In this document: piece after piece, positions 27,880 through 36,701 of the stretch
Numbering within the stretch: the stretch's first letter is position 1
Layout: each line of letters begins with the position of its first letter
Assembly (NCBI GenBank): GCA_029778535.1
Contig: JAKOQB010000039.1
Location: 41,298-105,297, forward strand
Direction of reading: 5' to 3'
Length of the DNA: 64,000 nt
Source: Pseudomonadota bacterium
GTDB taxonomy: Bacteria > Pseudomonadota > Gammaproteobacteria > Burkholderiales > Burkholderiaceae_F
Made by a program: the position numbers and the translations under genes
The notes under the pieces: generated by a model
Seen by the model: the letters and a program-made list of their open reading frames with translations, nothing else
The model's database searches: none
Told to the model about the DNA's origin: nothing

Positions 27880-28773
27880 TCAAGGCTCGAAGGTCATCGT
27901 CACACCGGTCTGCACCTGAGCAAACCGCCGCCGCGTCTGCTCGAAGTAGTCGGTCTCGATCTCAAATCCGACGCTGTTGCGATTCGACCGGATCGCCGCT
28001 TCGGTGGTTGTACCGCTGCCCAGGAACGGGTCGAGCACGGTGTCGCCGACGAAGGAAAACATCCGAATCAACCGGTATGCCAGTTCGATCGGGAACGGCG
28101 CCGGATGGCCATCGCGGGTCGAAGCGCCGCGGATATCGGTCCAGACGGATCGAAACCAGCGCGCGTGGTCTTCCTTGTCGATCAGGCTGAGCACGCGCTG
28201 TTCCAAGCTCGGCCGGCGATAACCGCCCGGTTTTCGGAACAGCAGCACGTACTCGGTGTCGTTCTTGATGATCGCGTTCGGTTCGTAGGGCTTGCCGAGG
28301 AACGCCCCGCTGCCTTCGACCTCGGTCACCGCATTGGCGATCTTGTGCCAGAGGATCGGCGTGAGGTAGTCAAAGCCAATCTCCTGACAGGCGAGGCTGA
28401 TGTCCGCGTGCAGTGGAATCACCACATGCCGGCCATGATGGCGACGCGGCAGACAGACGTCGCCTACCACGACGCACAGTCGTCCGCCCGGAGCGAGCAC
28501 TTCGAAGCACCTGCGCCAGACCTGATTGAGCGACGCAATGAATTCGCGGTAGTTCCGCACATGGCCGAGCTGCGCGTCACCGGCCCCACCGTCGTACTCC
28601 TTCAACGTCCAGTACGGCGGGCTCGTGACGACCAGATGGATCGAAGCTTCTTCCAGGCCGGGCATTTCACGCGCGTCGCCCCGTACAACCCGGTGTCGCG
28701 TCTCTAGAATGCGCGGATGGCGAGCGAGCAGCGCGTCTCGCGCCGCAAATTTCTCGGCAACTGAAGGTTCCAA
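27880..28773 (-). CDS. Type II DNA methyltransferase, beta-class amino-methyltransferase (SPPY motif; N4-cytosine or N6-adenine)
   Basis: Motif IV, LVVTSPPYW, is N-terminal. The AdoMet motif I, VLDPFLGSGTT, is C-terminal, giving the beta-class order. ..GGRLCVVVGD.. is also present. The only available start is TTG 28773. Local GC is about 42-58% against about 70% in the flanks. Confidence 0.85.
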   Translation of the reverse strand: MEPSVAEKFAARDALLARHPRILETRHRVVRGDAREMPGLEEASIHLVVTSPPYWTLKEYDGGAGDAQLGHVRNYREFIASLNQVWRRCFEVLAPGGRLCVVVGDVCLPRRHHGRHVVIPLHADISLACQEIGFDYLTPILWHKIANAVTEVEGSGAFLGKPYEPNAIIKNDTEYVLLFRKPGGYRRPSLEQRVLSLIDKEDHARWFRSVWTDIRGASTRDGHPAPFPIELAYRLIRMFSFVGDTVLDPFLGSGTTTEAAIRSNRNSVGFEIETDYFEQTRRRFAQVQTGVTMTFEP

Positions 28774-28802
28774 GATCGCGCGCTCCAGAAATGGGAGGCC
28801 GG

Positions 28803-29432
28803 GTGAAGCTGGAAGATGTGGTCGAAGCGATTATGCAACGCCCGACGCAGTCGCCGCATCGCCTCCAAACGCTGGCCGACTACCTGCGCGAACTGCTCGC
28901 GCAGCACGGACTTTCAGGCGCCAAAGGCGGTTCGGAAGCGGAGTTGCGCGTCGAGGGACTCGCCCGTGACAAGGATTGGGACATCGCATATGAATTTGCC
29001 GGGAAATTTCGATTGTTGATCTCGCTGAAATCGATGTGGAAGAACGCGGCCGGCACGGTGCCCAACCGGCTCGATGATCACATGGGGGAGCTCGCCAATA
29101 TCCAGCAAATGCGGCCCGAGATCGTCATCGGGTACGTCGTGCTGTTCGATGTTCAAGCCGATTCGGTCCGGGCTGCGGATGGACTGACCTGGTCGGAGTA
29201 CTTCAAGCAGCGAATCGAGCGCATCGCGATCCGCAAGGCGCCACTGTGGAACCAGGGATTGCTCGAAGGCTCCTGGTTCATCCGGATCGACAGCGCGCGG
29301 CCGCATGGCGCCAGGATCCTTGAACCCGATGAAACGGAAGAACGCGGAACGCGATTCATAAGAGACCTGCTGTCGGAGCTCAAGCGCCGCGAGCCGGCAA
29401 TTCCATTCACCCGACCCATCGATCTCGCTTGA
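28803..29432 (+). CDS. Putative type II restriction endonuclease paired with the methyltransferase
   Basis: Transcribed divergently from the MTase with only about 29 bp between starts. It has a candidate PD-(D/E)xK-like core (..RDKDWDIAYEF-x8-LLISLKS..) and I recognise no other family. GTG 28803 lies 5 nt after GGGAGG; the track start is ATG 28791. The gene is low in GC. The assignment is by context plus a weak motif. Confidence 0.55.
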   Translation: MKLEDVVEAIMQRPTQSPHRLQTLADYLRELLAQHGLSGAKGGSEAELRVEGLARDKDWDIAYEFAGKFRLLISLKSMWKNAAGTVPNRLDDHMGELANIQQMRPEIVIGYVVLFDVQADSVRAADGLTWSEYFKQRIERIAIRKAPLWNQGLLEGSWFIRIDSARPHGARILEPDETEERGTRFIRDLLSELKRREPAIPFTRPIDLA

Positions 29433-30400
29433 CCGAATTCGAACTGATCGCCCGCTTCTTTACGCGGCCGTCGCGCGAGCGGCAGGGGGTCGGCGACGAT
29501 TGCGCGCTGATCGATGCCGGCGACCGCACGTTCGCCATCACCTGCGACATGCTGGTCGAGCAGCGCCATTTCTTCTCCGACGCCGACCCCGAGGCGCTCG
29601 GCCACAAGGCGCTGGCGGTCAACCTGTCCGATCTGGCGGCCGCCGGCGCGACGCCGCGCTGCTTCCTGCTCGCGCTGGCATTGCCGCGCGCCGACGAAGG
29701 CTGGCTGGCGGCGTTCGCGCGCGGGCTGTTCGGGCTGGCCGAGGCGTTCGACTGCGAGCTGATCGGCGGCGACACCACGCGCGCGCCGCAATGGCACGAG
29801 GCGCCCGGCCCGCTGACGATCTGCATCACCGCGCTGGGAGAGACGCCGCCGGGGCAGGCACTGTCGCGCGCCGGCGCGCGGCCGGGCGACGATCTGTGGG
29901 TGTCGGGAACGCTCGGCGATGCGGCGCTGGCGCTGGCCCTGGCTGACGGCAGCGCGACGGCCGGCGCCGCCGACCGGCAGGCCTGCTCGGCGCGGTTCGA
30001 CCGGCCGACACCGCGCGTGCGGCTCGGCGAACGGCTGCGCGGGCTGGCGTCTGCGGCGATCGACGTGTCCGACGGCCTGCTCGGTGATCTGGCGCACATT
30101 GCCGAGCGGTCGCGGGTCGGTGCGCGGCTGCGCTGGGATGATCTGCCGCGCTCCGAAGCATTGCGCCGCCAGCCGGCCGCGTTACAGCAGCGCTGCGCGC
30201 TGGCGGGCGGCGACGACTACGAACTGTTGCTGACCGCGCCTCCCGACCGGCGGGCGCAGGTGATCGCGGCGGGCCGGGATGCCGGGGTTCCGGTCACCCG
30301 TATCGGCGAGATACTGGCCGCACCGGGCATCGCGGTGCTCGACGCGGACGGCGCGAACATGGAAACTCCGTTCTCGGCGTTCGACCACTTCCGCTCCTGA
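29429..30400 (+). CDS. thiL: Thiamine-monophosphate kinase
   Basis: (M)TEFELIARFF.., GDDCALI, ..GHKALAVNLSDLAAAGA.P, ..LIGGDTT.. and ..DVSDGLLGDL.H. The TTG start overlaps the stop of the upstream endonuclease gene. Confidence 0.92.
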   Translation: MTEFELIARFFTRPSRERQGVGDDCALIDAGDRTFAITCDMLVEQRHFFSDADPEALGHKALAVNLSDLAAAGATPRCFLLALALPRADEGWLAAFARGLFGLAEAFDCELIGGDTTRAPQWHEAPGPLTICITALGETPPGQALSRAGARPGDDLWVSGTLGDAALALALADGSATAGAADRQACSARFDRPTPRVRLGERLRGLASAAIDVSDGLLGDLAHIAERSRVGARLRWDDLPRSEALRRQPAALQQRCALAGGDDYELLLTAPPDRRAQVIAAGRDAGVPVTRIGEILAAPGIAVLDADGANMETPFSAFDHFRS

Positions 30401-30420
30401 CCGCCTTTTCCGCCGCCGCA

Positions 30421-30993
30421 ATGGCGACCATGCCCCTCGTCAACGATCCGCAGCCGCCGCAGGTGCTCGCCGCCGTGGAAGGAGAATCCGCCCCGCCCGG
30501 CCCGCGGCCCGCGCGCCCGACCTGGCGCTGGATGTGGTCGCACCCGTGGTACGTGCTCGCGCTCGCGGGCGGCGCCGGGCTGCCGCGCTTCGCGCCCGGC
30601 ACCTGGGGCACGCTCGTGGCGTGGGTTCTGTTCGATCTGCTCGACCCGGTGCTGACGGACCTGTCGTGGGCCGGCTTCATCTTCGCCGGGCTGTATTTCG
30701 GGGCCTGGGCCGCGCAGCGCGCCGGCGATGCGCTCGGGGCGAGCGACAGCGGCCACATCGTGATCGACGAGGTGGTCGCGTTCTGGATCGTGCTGTGGCT
30801 GCTGCCGTTGCACGCGTTCTGGCTGCAGGCGCTGGCGTTCGTTCTGTTCCGCGCGTTCGACATCGCCAAGCCGCCGCCGATCCGTCGCCTGGAAGCGCGC
30901 TTCCGCAATGGTTTCGGCGTGATGCTCGACGACCTCGTCGCCGCCTTCTACACGCTGCTCGTGATCGCGATCGGCGTGCGGGTGCTTGGATGA
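30421..30993 (+). CDS. pgpA: Phosphatidylglycerophosphatase A
   Basis: ..APGTWGTL.., ..D.G.IVIDEVVAFW.. and ..FRAFDI.KPPPIR..E.....FGVMLDDL.AA. Confidence 0.9.
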   Translation: MATMPLVNDPQPPQVLAAVEGESAPPGPRPARPTWRWMWSHPWYVLALAGGAGLPRFAPGTWGTLVAWVLFDLLDPVLTDLSWAGFIFAGLYFGAWAAQRAGDALGASDSGHIVIDEVVAFWIVLWLLPLHAFWLQALAFVLFRAFDIAKPPPIRRLEARFRNGFGVMLDDLVAAFYTLLVIAIGVRVLG

Positions 30994-31514
30994 ACGACAT
31001 CTCGGATCAGATCGTCGCGCTGTCGCAGGAACTGGGCGCGCAACTGCTGGCGCAGCATCTGATTGTGGCGACCGCCGAGTCGTGCACCGCGGGCGGTATC
31101 GCGTACGCGATCACGCAGACGCCGGGCTCGAGCCAGTGGTTCGACCGCGGTTTCATCACCTATTCCAACGCGTCGAAGCAAAGCGTGCTGGGCGTTTCGA
31201 CCGCCTACCTGCGCGATTTCGGCGCGGTCAGCGAGCCGGTGGCGCGCGCGATGGCGCTCGGCGCGCTCACCCACAGCCAGGCGCAGATAACGGTCGCGGT
31301 CACCGGCGTGGCCGGCCCCACCGGCGGCACGCCGGACAAGCCGGTCGGCATGGTGTGCCTGGCATGGGCGATCAAGCGCGACCCGACCAGCGCGCCGTGG
31401 GTGCGCACGGCCACGCGCAATTTCAGCGGCGACCGCGCCGCCGTGCGCACGCAATCGATCATCGAGGCGCTCGAAGGGCTGATCGCCCTTCTGAAGCAGC
31501 GGCAGGACGTCTGA
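30990..31514 (+). CDS. pncC: CinA-family nicotinamide-nucleotide amidohydrolase (PncC domain)
   Basis: ..LIVATAESCTAGGIA.. and ..VAVTGVAGPTGGTPDKPVGMVC.A. ATGA overlap with the pgpA stop. Confidence 0.88.
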   Translation: MNDISDQIVALSQELGAQLLAQHLIVATAESCTAGGIAYAITQTPGSSQWFDRGFITYSNASKQSVLGVSTAYLRDFGAVSEPVARAMALGALTHSQAQITVAVTGVAGPTGGTPDKPVGMVCLAWAIKRDPTSAPWVRTATRNFSGDRAAVRTQSIIEALEGLIALLKQRQDV

Positions 31515-31517
31515 GCG

Positions 31518-32408
31518 ATGCAGTTGTTTCCCGGCTTCTCGGCGGAGAAGCGTATCGCCAACGGCGTGCGACTCCACGTGTGCCACACCGTCGGCCAGTC
31601 GGGCCGGCAGCCGTTGCTGCTGCTGCACGGTTTTCCGCAGACGCACGTCATGTGGCACAAGGTCGCGCCGAAGCTGGCGCAGCACTTCACGCTCGTGATT
31701 CCCGACCTGCGCGGCTACGGCGACTCGGACAAGCCGGGCGGCCCACCCGATCATTCCGCGTACAGCAAGCGCGCAATGGCGCTCGATGTGATCGAACTGA
31801 TGCGCGGCCTGGGCTTCGAATCGTTCTTCGTCTGCGGCCACGATCGCGGCGCGCGGGTTGCGCACCGGCTCGCGCTCGACCATCCGCGCGCGGTGCGCCG
31901 GCTGATGCTGCTCGACATCTCGCCCACGCTGACGATGTACGAGCGCACCACGATGGAATTTGCGCGGCTCTACTACCACTGGTTCTTCCTGATCCAGCCC
32001 GAGCCGCTGCCGGAGAAGCTGATCGGCGCCGACCCGATCTTCTACCTGCGTCGCAAGATCGGCGCGTGGGGCTCGGGCGCGACCGATTTCTTCGATCCGC
32101 GCGCGCTGGCCGAATACGAGCGCTGCTTCAACGATCCGGCCGCGATCCACGCGATGTGCGAGGACTACCGCGCGGCGGCGACGATCGACCTCGAACACGA
32201 TCGCGCCGACGCCGACCGCCGCATCGAATGCCCGCTGCGCGTGCTGTGGGGCGAGTACGGCGTCGTGCATAAGCTCTTCACGCCGCTGGCCGACTGGCAG
32301 GCCAAGGCGCGCGGAACGGTGAACGGCCGCACGACGCCGAGCGGGCATTACATCGCCGAGCAGGTGCCCGACCTGCTGCGCGACGACATGCTGGAGTTCT
32401 TCCGGTGA
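31518..32408 (+). CDS. Alpha/beta hydrolase, haloacetate-dehalogenase / epoxide-hydrolase-like
   Basis: ..LLLLHGFPQTHVMWHKVAP.L, ..PDLRGYGDSDKP.. and the nucleophile elbow VCGHDRGARVAHR (an Asp nucleophile as in fluoroacetate dehalogenases), followed by a cap domain and a C-terminal ..SGHYIAEQ. Confidence 0.85.
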   Translation: MQLFPGFSAEKRIANGVRLHVCHTVGQSGRQPLLLLHGFPQTHVMWHKVAPKLAQHFTLVIPDLRGYGDSDKPGGPPDHSAYSKRAMALDVIELMRGLGFESFFVCGHDRGARVAHRLALDHPRAVRRLMLLDISPTLTMYERTTMEFARLYYHWFFLIQPEPLPEKLIGADPIFYLRRKIGAWGSGATDFFDPRALAEYERCFNDPAAIHAMCEDYRAAATIDLEHDRADADRRIECPLRVLWGEYGVVHKLFTPLADWQAKARGTVNGRTTPSGHYIAEQVPDLLRDDMLEFFR

Positions 32409-32755
32409 TCGACGCGCCGTTTCATCGCGCGCTGCGGCTCGGGCTGCACGGCTTTCCTGACCGCAACGCCGAAGACGAGGTCGCGCAGATGGTGCGCGGC
32501 ATCTGGACGCCGCAGGCGCCGTGGATCGTATCCAACGAAGCGCCGGTCGACGCGCTGCTGCTGTGGCGAGGCACGCGCGTGGACGACCCGGACGACGCCG
32601 CGGTGCTGCGGGTGAACCTGCATCGCTCGGCGCCGTCGCGCCGCGATTCGGAACGGCGGCTCGAACCGCTGTTCGTGCGTCGCCCGCTGCGCCAGTCGGC
32701 GCTGCGCGTGGCGCTCGACGCGGCGTTCGCGCGCATCCAGCGGCTGCAGAAATAG
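32405..32755 (+). CDS. Hypothetical protein (116 aa), translationally coupled to the hydrolase
   Basis: A GTG start overlaps the upstream TGA (GTGA). GC3 is very high throughout. I recognise no motif. Confidence 0.5.
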   Translation: MIDAPFHRALRLGLHGFPDRNAEDEVAQMVRGIWTPQAPWIVSNEAPVDALLLWRGTRVDDPDDAAVLRVNLHRSAPSRRDSERRLEPLFVRRPLRQSALRVALDAAFARIQRLQK

Positions 32756-32762
32756 CGGCGCG

Positions 32763-33080
32763 ACGGCGCGCCTGCGCTGGCGCGATCCGCAGCGCCGGCG
32801 TCCGAGGCGCGCTGAAACGCCGCTCGATGACCCTGCGCTATGCGGTGTGCGCTGGCGGATCCAATCTGTTGGAACCCGCGGGCCGGGCCGACACAGCGCT
32901 GCTGAAGGTCGGGGGATCGTGCAGCACGCGCAGCACGTCGGCATGGCGGAACAGCGACCAGCCGAGGTAGTCGCGGTGCGCAACCTTGCCGCCGGTCTGC
33001 GGTTCGTCGCAGGCGGCGATCGGGTCTTCGAATACGCGCGGGGACCGCGGGTCCCAGTCGAGGCGGGGAGGGGTGCTCAT
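32763..33080 (-). pseudogene. Cytochrome P450 N-terminal remnant with an in-frame TAG
   Basis: [23 protein letters not shown].. ..[36 protein letters not shown](32838)[19 protein letters not shown]. This matches the P450 N-terminal pattern (W.v.rh.dv..vl.d...FSS ... DPP.HT..RR.v...F.pr....l). Nothing resembling the I-helix or the haem-binding Cys loop follows. Confidence 0.6.
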
Positions 33081-33107
33081 CGGAATCTGCTTCCACCGGC
33101 GGCGCGG

Positions 33108-33136
33108 TTGACAATGAAGCGCCGCCGTTTAAGATA
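33108..33136 (+). promoter_or_regulatory. Sigma70-type promoter candidate for nnrS-fdxA
   Basis: A perfect -35 TTGACA (33108-33113), a 16-nt spacer, then TAAGAT. The -10 overlaps the NsrR-like palindrome. Confidence 0.5.
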
Positions 33137-33153
33137 TACATCAAATACCTCTT
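33131..33153. promoter_or_regulatory. NsrR-like operator (AT-rich 11-1-11 imperfect palindrome) upstream of nnrS
   Basis: AAGATATACAT-C-AAATACCTCTT. The half-sites AAGATATACAT and AAGAGGTATTT (reverse complement) resemble the proteobacterial NsrR half-site AAGATGCATTT as I recall it. It is an isolated AT-rich island in GC-rich DNA, 40 nt upstream of nnrS, a typical NsrR-regulon member. Confidence 0.5.
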
Positions 33154-33192
33154 TAACCGGATCGACACAGCCCGCGCATCGGAGAGCGAGAA

Positions 33193-34413
33193 GTGGCACA
33201 CCTGCTTCAACTGGAGGAACCGGCGCCGGCTACGGCGACGGGCCCCGACCTGCACGCGTTCCTCAGCCTCGGCTTCCGCCCGCTGTACCTCGCCGGCGCC
33301 GCTTGGTCGATCGTCGCGGTCGCGCTCTGGATCTTCGCGCCGCAGTGGCTGCGCCCGCCGCTGGCGGGGGTCGCCTGGCACGCGCACGAGATGCTGTGGG
33401 GTTTCATCGCCACCATCGCGGTCGGGTTCCTGATGACCGCCGGCGCGAACTGGACCGGGCTGAACCCGCTGCACGGACGCGCGCTTGCGCTCGCCTGTCT
33501 GCTGTGGCTCGGCGCGCGCATCGGCTTTCTGATCGGCGGCACGCCGGCATTCGTGGCGGCCGCGGTGGCCGAAGTCGCATTCTTCGTTCTCGCCGCCGGC
33601 GCGATGGCGCGCGTGGTGATCCGCGCGCGCAACCGCCGCAACTACGGCGTGCCGCTGTTGCTGCTGGGCCTGGCGGCGAGCGATGCCGCGTTCCTGCGCG
33701 CCGCGTCCGGCGGCGAGTACGCGGCGCTGATGCCGCGGTTCGAGGCCGGGATGCTGATGATGGCTCTGATCGCTCTGCTGGTGGCGCGGCGCGTGATCCC
33801 GTTCTTCGCAATGCGCGCGGTGCCGGGGCTGCAGATTCCGATGCACGTGCGCAGCGGCCACGTGCAGCTCGGCGCCGGCGTCGTGGCGGTCGCCGCGCGG
33901 GTGTTGGGAATTTCCTGGCTGCTCGCGCTCGCGCTTGCGGTCGCCGGCGCCCTCGCCCTCGTGCAGGTGGTGGCTTGGCGGCCGGGCGCGGTGCTGCGCC
34001 GGCCCTTGCTTTGGATCCTGTACGCCGGCTATGCGGGGCTCGGGCTGGGGCTGCTCGTCGCGGCGGCGCAGGCCGCGGGCGTCGATCTGCGCAGTGCGGC
34101 GCACGTGCACGTGATCGCGCTGGCGGGTTTCTCCGTGCTGATCATCGGCATGATCACCCGCACCGCGCTCGGGCACCTCGGTCGCGCGCTCGCGCTCGAC
34201 CGCAGCACGGTCGCAGGTTACGTGCTGATGCTCGCCGCCGTCGCGCTGCGGCTGGTCGCGCTGGTGCCGTCGGCCGCGAGCCTGCCCGCGCTGCACGCCT
34301 CGGCGCTGGCGTGGATCGCCGCGTTCGCGCTTTACCTGTGGCGCTTCGCACCGTGGCTCGTCCGGCCGCGCGCGGACGCCGCGCGTCCGCAAATCCCCGT
34401 GAGGTCCGCATGA
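33193..34413 (+). CDS. nnrS: NnrS-family haem/copper membrane protein (NO-stress associated)
   Basis: 406 aa, about 12 TM segments. The N-terminal ..[24 protein letters not shown].. ..[22 protein letters not shown] is the NnrS signature. GTG start. Confidence 0.85.
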   Translation: MAHLLQLEEPAPATATGPDLHAFLSLGFRPLYLAGAAWSIVAVALWIFAPQWLRPPLAGVAWHAHEMLWGFIATIAVGFLMTAGANWTGLNPLHGRALALACLLWLGARIGFLIGGTPAFVAAAVAEVAFFVLAAGAMARVVIRARNRRNYGVPLLLLGLAASDAAFLRAASGGEYAALMPRFEAGMLMMALIALLVARRVIPFFAMRAVPGLQIPMHVRSGHVQLGAGVVAVAARVLGISWLLALALAVAGALALVQVVAWRPGAVLRRPLLWILYAGYAGLGLGLLVAAAQAAGVDLRSAAHVHVIALAGFSVLIIGMITRTALGHLGRALALDRSTVAGYVLMLAAVALRLVALVPSAASLPALHASALAWIAAFALYLWRFAPWLVRPRADAARPQIPVRSA

Positions 34414-34781
34414 CCTTCGTCGTCACCGAAGCCTGCATCAAGTGCAAGTACACCGATTGCGTGGACGTCTGTCCCGTCGATGCATTCCGCGAGGGCAGGA
34501 ACATGCTGGTGATCGATCCCGAGGAATGCATCGACTGCGCGGTGTGCGTGCCCGAATGTCCGGTCAACGCGATCTACGCGGAGGAAGACGTGCCGGCGGA
34601 CCAGCAGGACTTCATCGCCACCAACGCGACGCTGGCGAAGAAATGGCCGGTCATCGCGCGCATGAAGCCGGCGCCGGTCGACGCCGACGAGTGGGCGCAG
34701 GTCAGGGACAAGCGCGAGCTGCTCGACCTGCGCGCGGCGGGCGCGGACCTCACTGACAAGGCCACTGAACGCGCGCGCTGA
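34410..34781 (+). CDS. fdxA: 7Fe ferredoxin (Azotobacter FdxA type)
   Basis: [58 protein letters not shown] overlap with the nnrS stop. Confidence 0.92.
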   Translation: MTFVVTEACIKCKYTDCVDVCPVDAFREGRNMLVIDPEECIDCAVCVPECPVNAIYAEEDVPADQQDFIATNATLAKKWPVIARMKPAPVDADEWAQVRDKRELLDLRAAGADLTDKATERAR

Positions 34782-34786
34782 GCCGG

Positions 34787-35869
34787 TCAGCCGCGCACGC
34801 GCTGCGCGAGCACCGGCGCGAGTTCCGCGTGCGCGCGCAGCAGCAGTTCGCGCGTGGCGTCCCAGCCGATGCAGGCGTCGGTCACCGACACGCCATACTT
34901 CAGTTGCGAACGGTCGTCCGGGATCGGCTGGTTGCCGGCGTTGAGGTGGCTCTCCAGCATCAGCCCGACGATCGAGCGGTTGCCTTCCTTGATTTGGTGC
35001 ACGCAGTCCATGAACACCAGCGGCTGCAGCGACGGGTCCTTCATCGAGTTCGCGTGCGAGCAGTCGACGACGATGTTGGCGGCGAGCTTCGCCTTCGCGA
35101 GCGCCGCTTCGGCCAGCCGGACGCTGACGGTGTCGTAGTTCGGCCGCCCGCCGCCGCCGCGCAGCACCAGATGGCCGAGCCGGTTGCCGCGCGTGCGCAC
35201 GATCGCGGTTCGTCCTGCGCCGTTGATGCCGAGGAAGCTGTGCGGCGTCTGCGCCGACGTGATCGCGTTGACCGCCACGTCGAGCGCGCCGTCGGTGCCA
35301 TTCTTGAAGCCGACCGGCGTGGACAGGCCACTGGCCATCTCGCGATGCGTCTGCGATTCGGTCGTGCGCGCGCCGATTGCGTACCAGCTGATCAGGTCTG
35401 CCAGATACTGCGGCGACAGCGGGTCGAGCGCCTCGCTGCCGGTCGGCAGTCCCAGCTCGGCGAAGTCGCGCAGCAGCGCGCGCGCCTGCCGCATGCCCTT
35501 GCCGATGTGGAACGAATCGTCCATGTCCGGATCGTTGATGAAGCCCTTCCAGCCGGTCGACGTGCGCGGCTTCTCGAAGTACACGCGCATCACCAGCAGC
35601 AGCGTGTCGCGCACTTCGTCGGCCAGTGCGCGCAGGCGCCGCGCGTAGTCGAGCGCGGCGGCCGGGTCGTGGATCGAGCACGGTCCGACGACGACGAACA
35701 GGCGCGCATCGGCGCCGGTCAGGATGCGTTCGAGCTGCGCACGCCCGGCGCGCACGGTCGCCGCCGCGGCTGCGGTCAGCGGGATCTCGCGCTTGATCTC
35801 GTCGGGCGACGGCATGTCGTCGAGGCCGGCGACGTTCAGGTTCTCGACGGAGGGGACGGCTGCGTTCAT
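34787..35869 (-). CDS. aroG: 3-deoxy-7-phosphoheptulonate (DAHP) synthase, class I
   Basis: ..LFVVVGPCSIHD.., ..MRVYFEKPRTSTGWKG.INDP.. and ..VDCSHANS.KD. The start was trimmed to ATG 35869. The isozyme (F/G/H) cannot be determined from sequence alone. Confidence 0.9.
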   Translation of the reverse strand: MNAAVPSVENLNVAGLDDMPSPDEIKREIPLTAAAAATVRAGRAQLERILTGADARLFVVVGPCSIHDPAAALDYARRLRALADEVRDTLLLVMRVYFEKPRTSTGWKGFINDPDMDDSFHIGKGMRQARALLRDFAELGLPTGSEALDPLSPQYLADLISWYAIGARTTESQTHREMASGLSTPVGFKNGTDGALDVAVNAITSAQTPHSFLGINGAGRTAIVRTRGNRLGHLVLRGGGGRPNYDTVSVRLAEAALAKAKLAANIVVDCSHANSMKDPSLQPLVFMDCVHQIKEGNRSIVGLMLESHLNAGNQPIPDDRSQLKYGVSVTDACIGWDATRELLLRAHAELAPVLAQRVRG

Positions 35870-35931
35870 GGTGCGAACTTTAGCGAATCCGCCCCGTCCG
35901 CCGGCCGTCACGCGGTTGCGACACCCGGACC

Positions 35932-35945
35932 TTGACAGTTATCAA
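35932..35945. promoter_or_regulatory. FNR/Dnr-type box
   Basis: TTGAC-AGTT-ATCAA matches the consensus TTGAT-N4-ATCAA at 9 of 10 positions. Its centre lies about 108 nt upstream of the ATG at 36047. It is immediately followed by the hairpin GCCCGGC-CAA-GCCGGGC. Confidence 0.65.
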
Positions 35946-36046
35946 GCCCGGCCAAGCCGGGCGGAACGACGCTGCACGCGTTCTCTCTATGTAGGCAATG
36001 CTGGCGCGCGTGCGCCGGCCCCACGAACTCGAGAGGAGAGATCAAG

Positions 36047-36535
36047 ATGTCGAACACGTTGAAACTGATGACGCCGGCAATCGCAGCCACGCTCGCCGCC
36101 GCCCCGGCGGTGAGCACCGCTCAGACAACCCCGGCCCACGAGCATTCGGCGCACGGCAAGCTCACGCTCGACCACGGCAAGCAGTGGCCGACCGACGAGG
36201 CGCTGCGCACGGGCATGACCAGCATCCGCCAGCTGATCGAACCGCAGCTCGGCGCGATCCACGCGGGCAAGCTCACCGCCGCGCAGTACGCGGAACTGGC
36301 GCAGAAGGTCGAGGGACAGGTCGGCTACATCGTCGCCAACTGCAAGCTCGAACCCAACGCCGACGCGATGCTGCACCTGGTGATCGCTGATATCGGCGGC
36401 GGTGTGGACGCGATGGCGGGCAAGAACGCCAAGGTCCGTCCGGCGCAGGGCGCGGGGCAGGTCGTCACCGCCTTGAACGAATACGGCCGCTACTTCAACC
36501 ATCCCGGCTGGAAACCGATCAAGGCCGGGCAGTGA
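36047..36535 (+). CDS. Secreted His-rich protein of unknown function
   Basis: Signal peptide ..MTPAIAATLAAAPAVSTAQ, then TTPAHEHSAHGKLTLDHGKQWPTDEALRTGM.. ATG follows GAGAGGAGAG. It is the first gene of the exporter cluster. Confidence 0.7.
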   Translation: MSNTLKLMTPAIAATLAAAPAVSTAQTTPAHEHSAHGKLTLDHGKQWPTDEALRTGMTSIRQLIEPQLGAIHAGKLTAAQYAELAQKVEGQVGYIVANCKLEPNADAMLHLVIADIGGGVDAMAGKNAKVRPAQGAGQVVTALNEYGRYFNHPGWKPIKAGQ

Positions 36536-36701
36536 GCGGAGGGACACCCTGAACTTCGAGACTCTGCCGATGTACCCGGCCGCGCTGCTGGTCGGCCGCT
36601 TCGTGCGCCAGTCGCTGCAGGAGGCTGCTGCCGTGCATTGACGCGGAACTGTGCGCGCGGTCACGGCGGCTTCGCCGCGCCGCGGGCACACTGGTGCGGG
36701 T

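Noticed and set aside
27870-29451. GATCGCC at both edges of the R-M cassette (27870-27876 and 29445-29451) as a possible target-site duplication
   Set aside because: A 7-nt GC-rich word is expected by chance in this genome. The right-hand copy lies inside thiL coding sequence.
32422-34392. A 656-aa minus-strand ORF, and the 644-aa plus-strand ORF at 32847-34781
   Set aside because: The minus ORF is antisense to nnrS. Only the last 123 codons of the plus ORF (the ferredoxin) are credible. The remainder is out-of-frame overlap with nnrS and is Arg-rich.
36570-36641. A 23-codon ORF (MYPAALLVGRFVRQSLQEAAAVH) between the secreted-protein gene and the adaptor gene
   Set aside because: GC3 is high and remains so upstream of its ATG. 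However, there is no Shine-Dalgarno sequence and no recognisable family, and the ORF is too short to support. It could be a gene remnant and is left uncalled.
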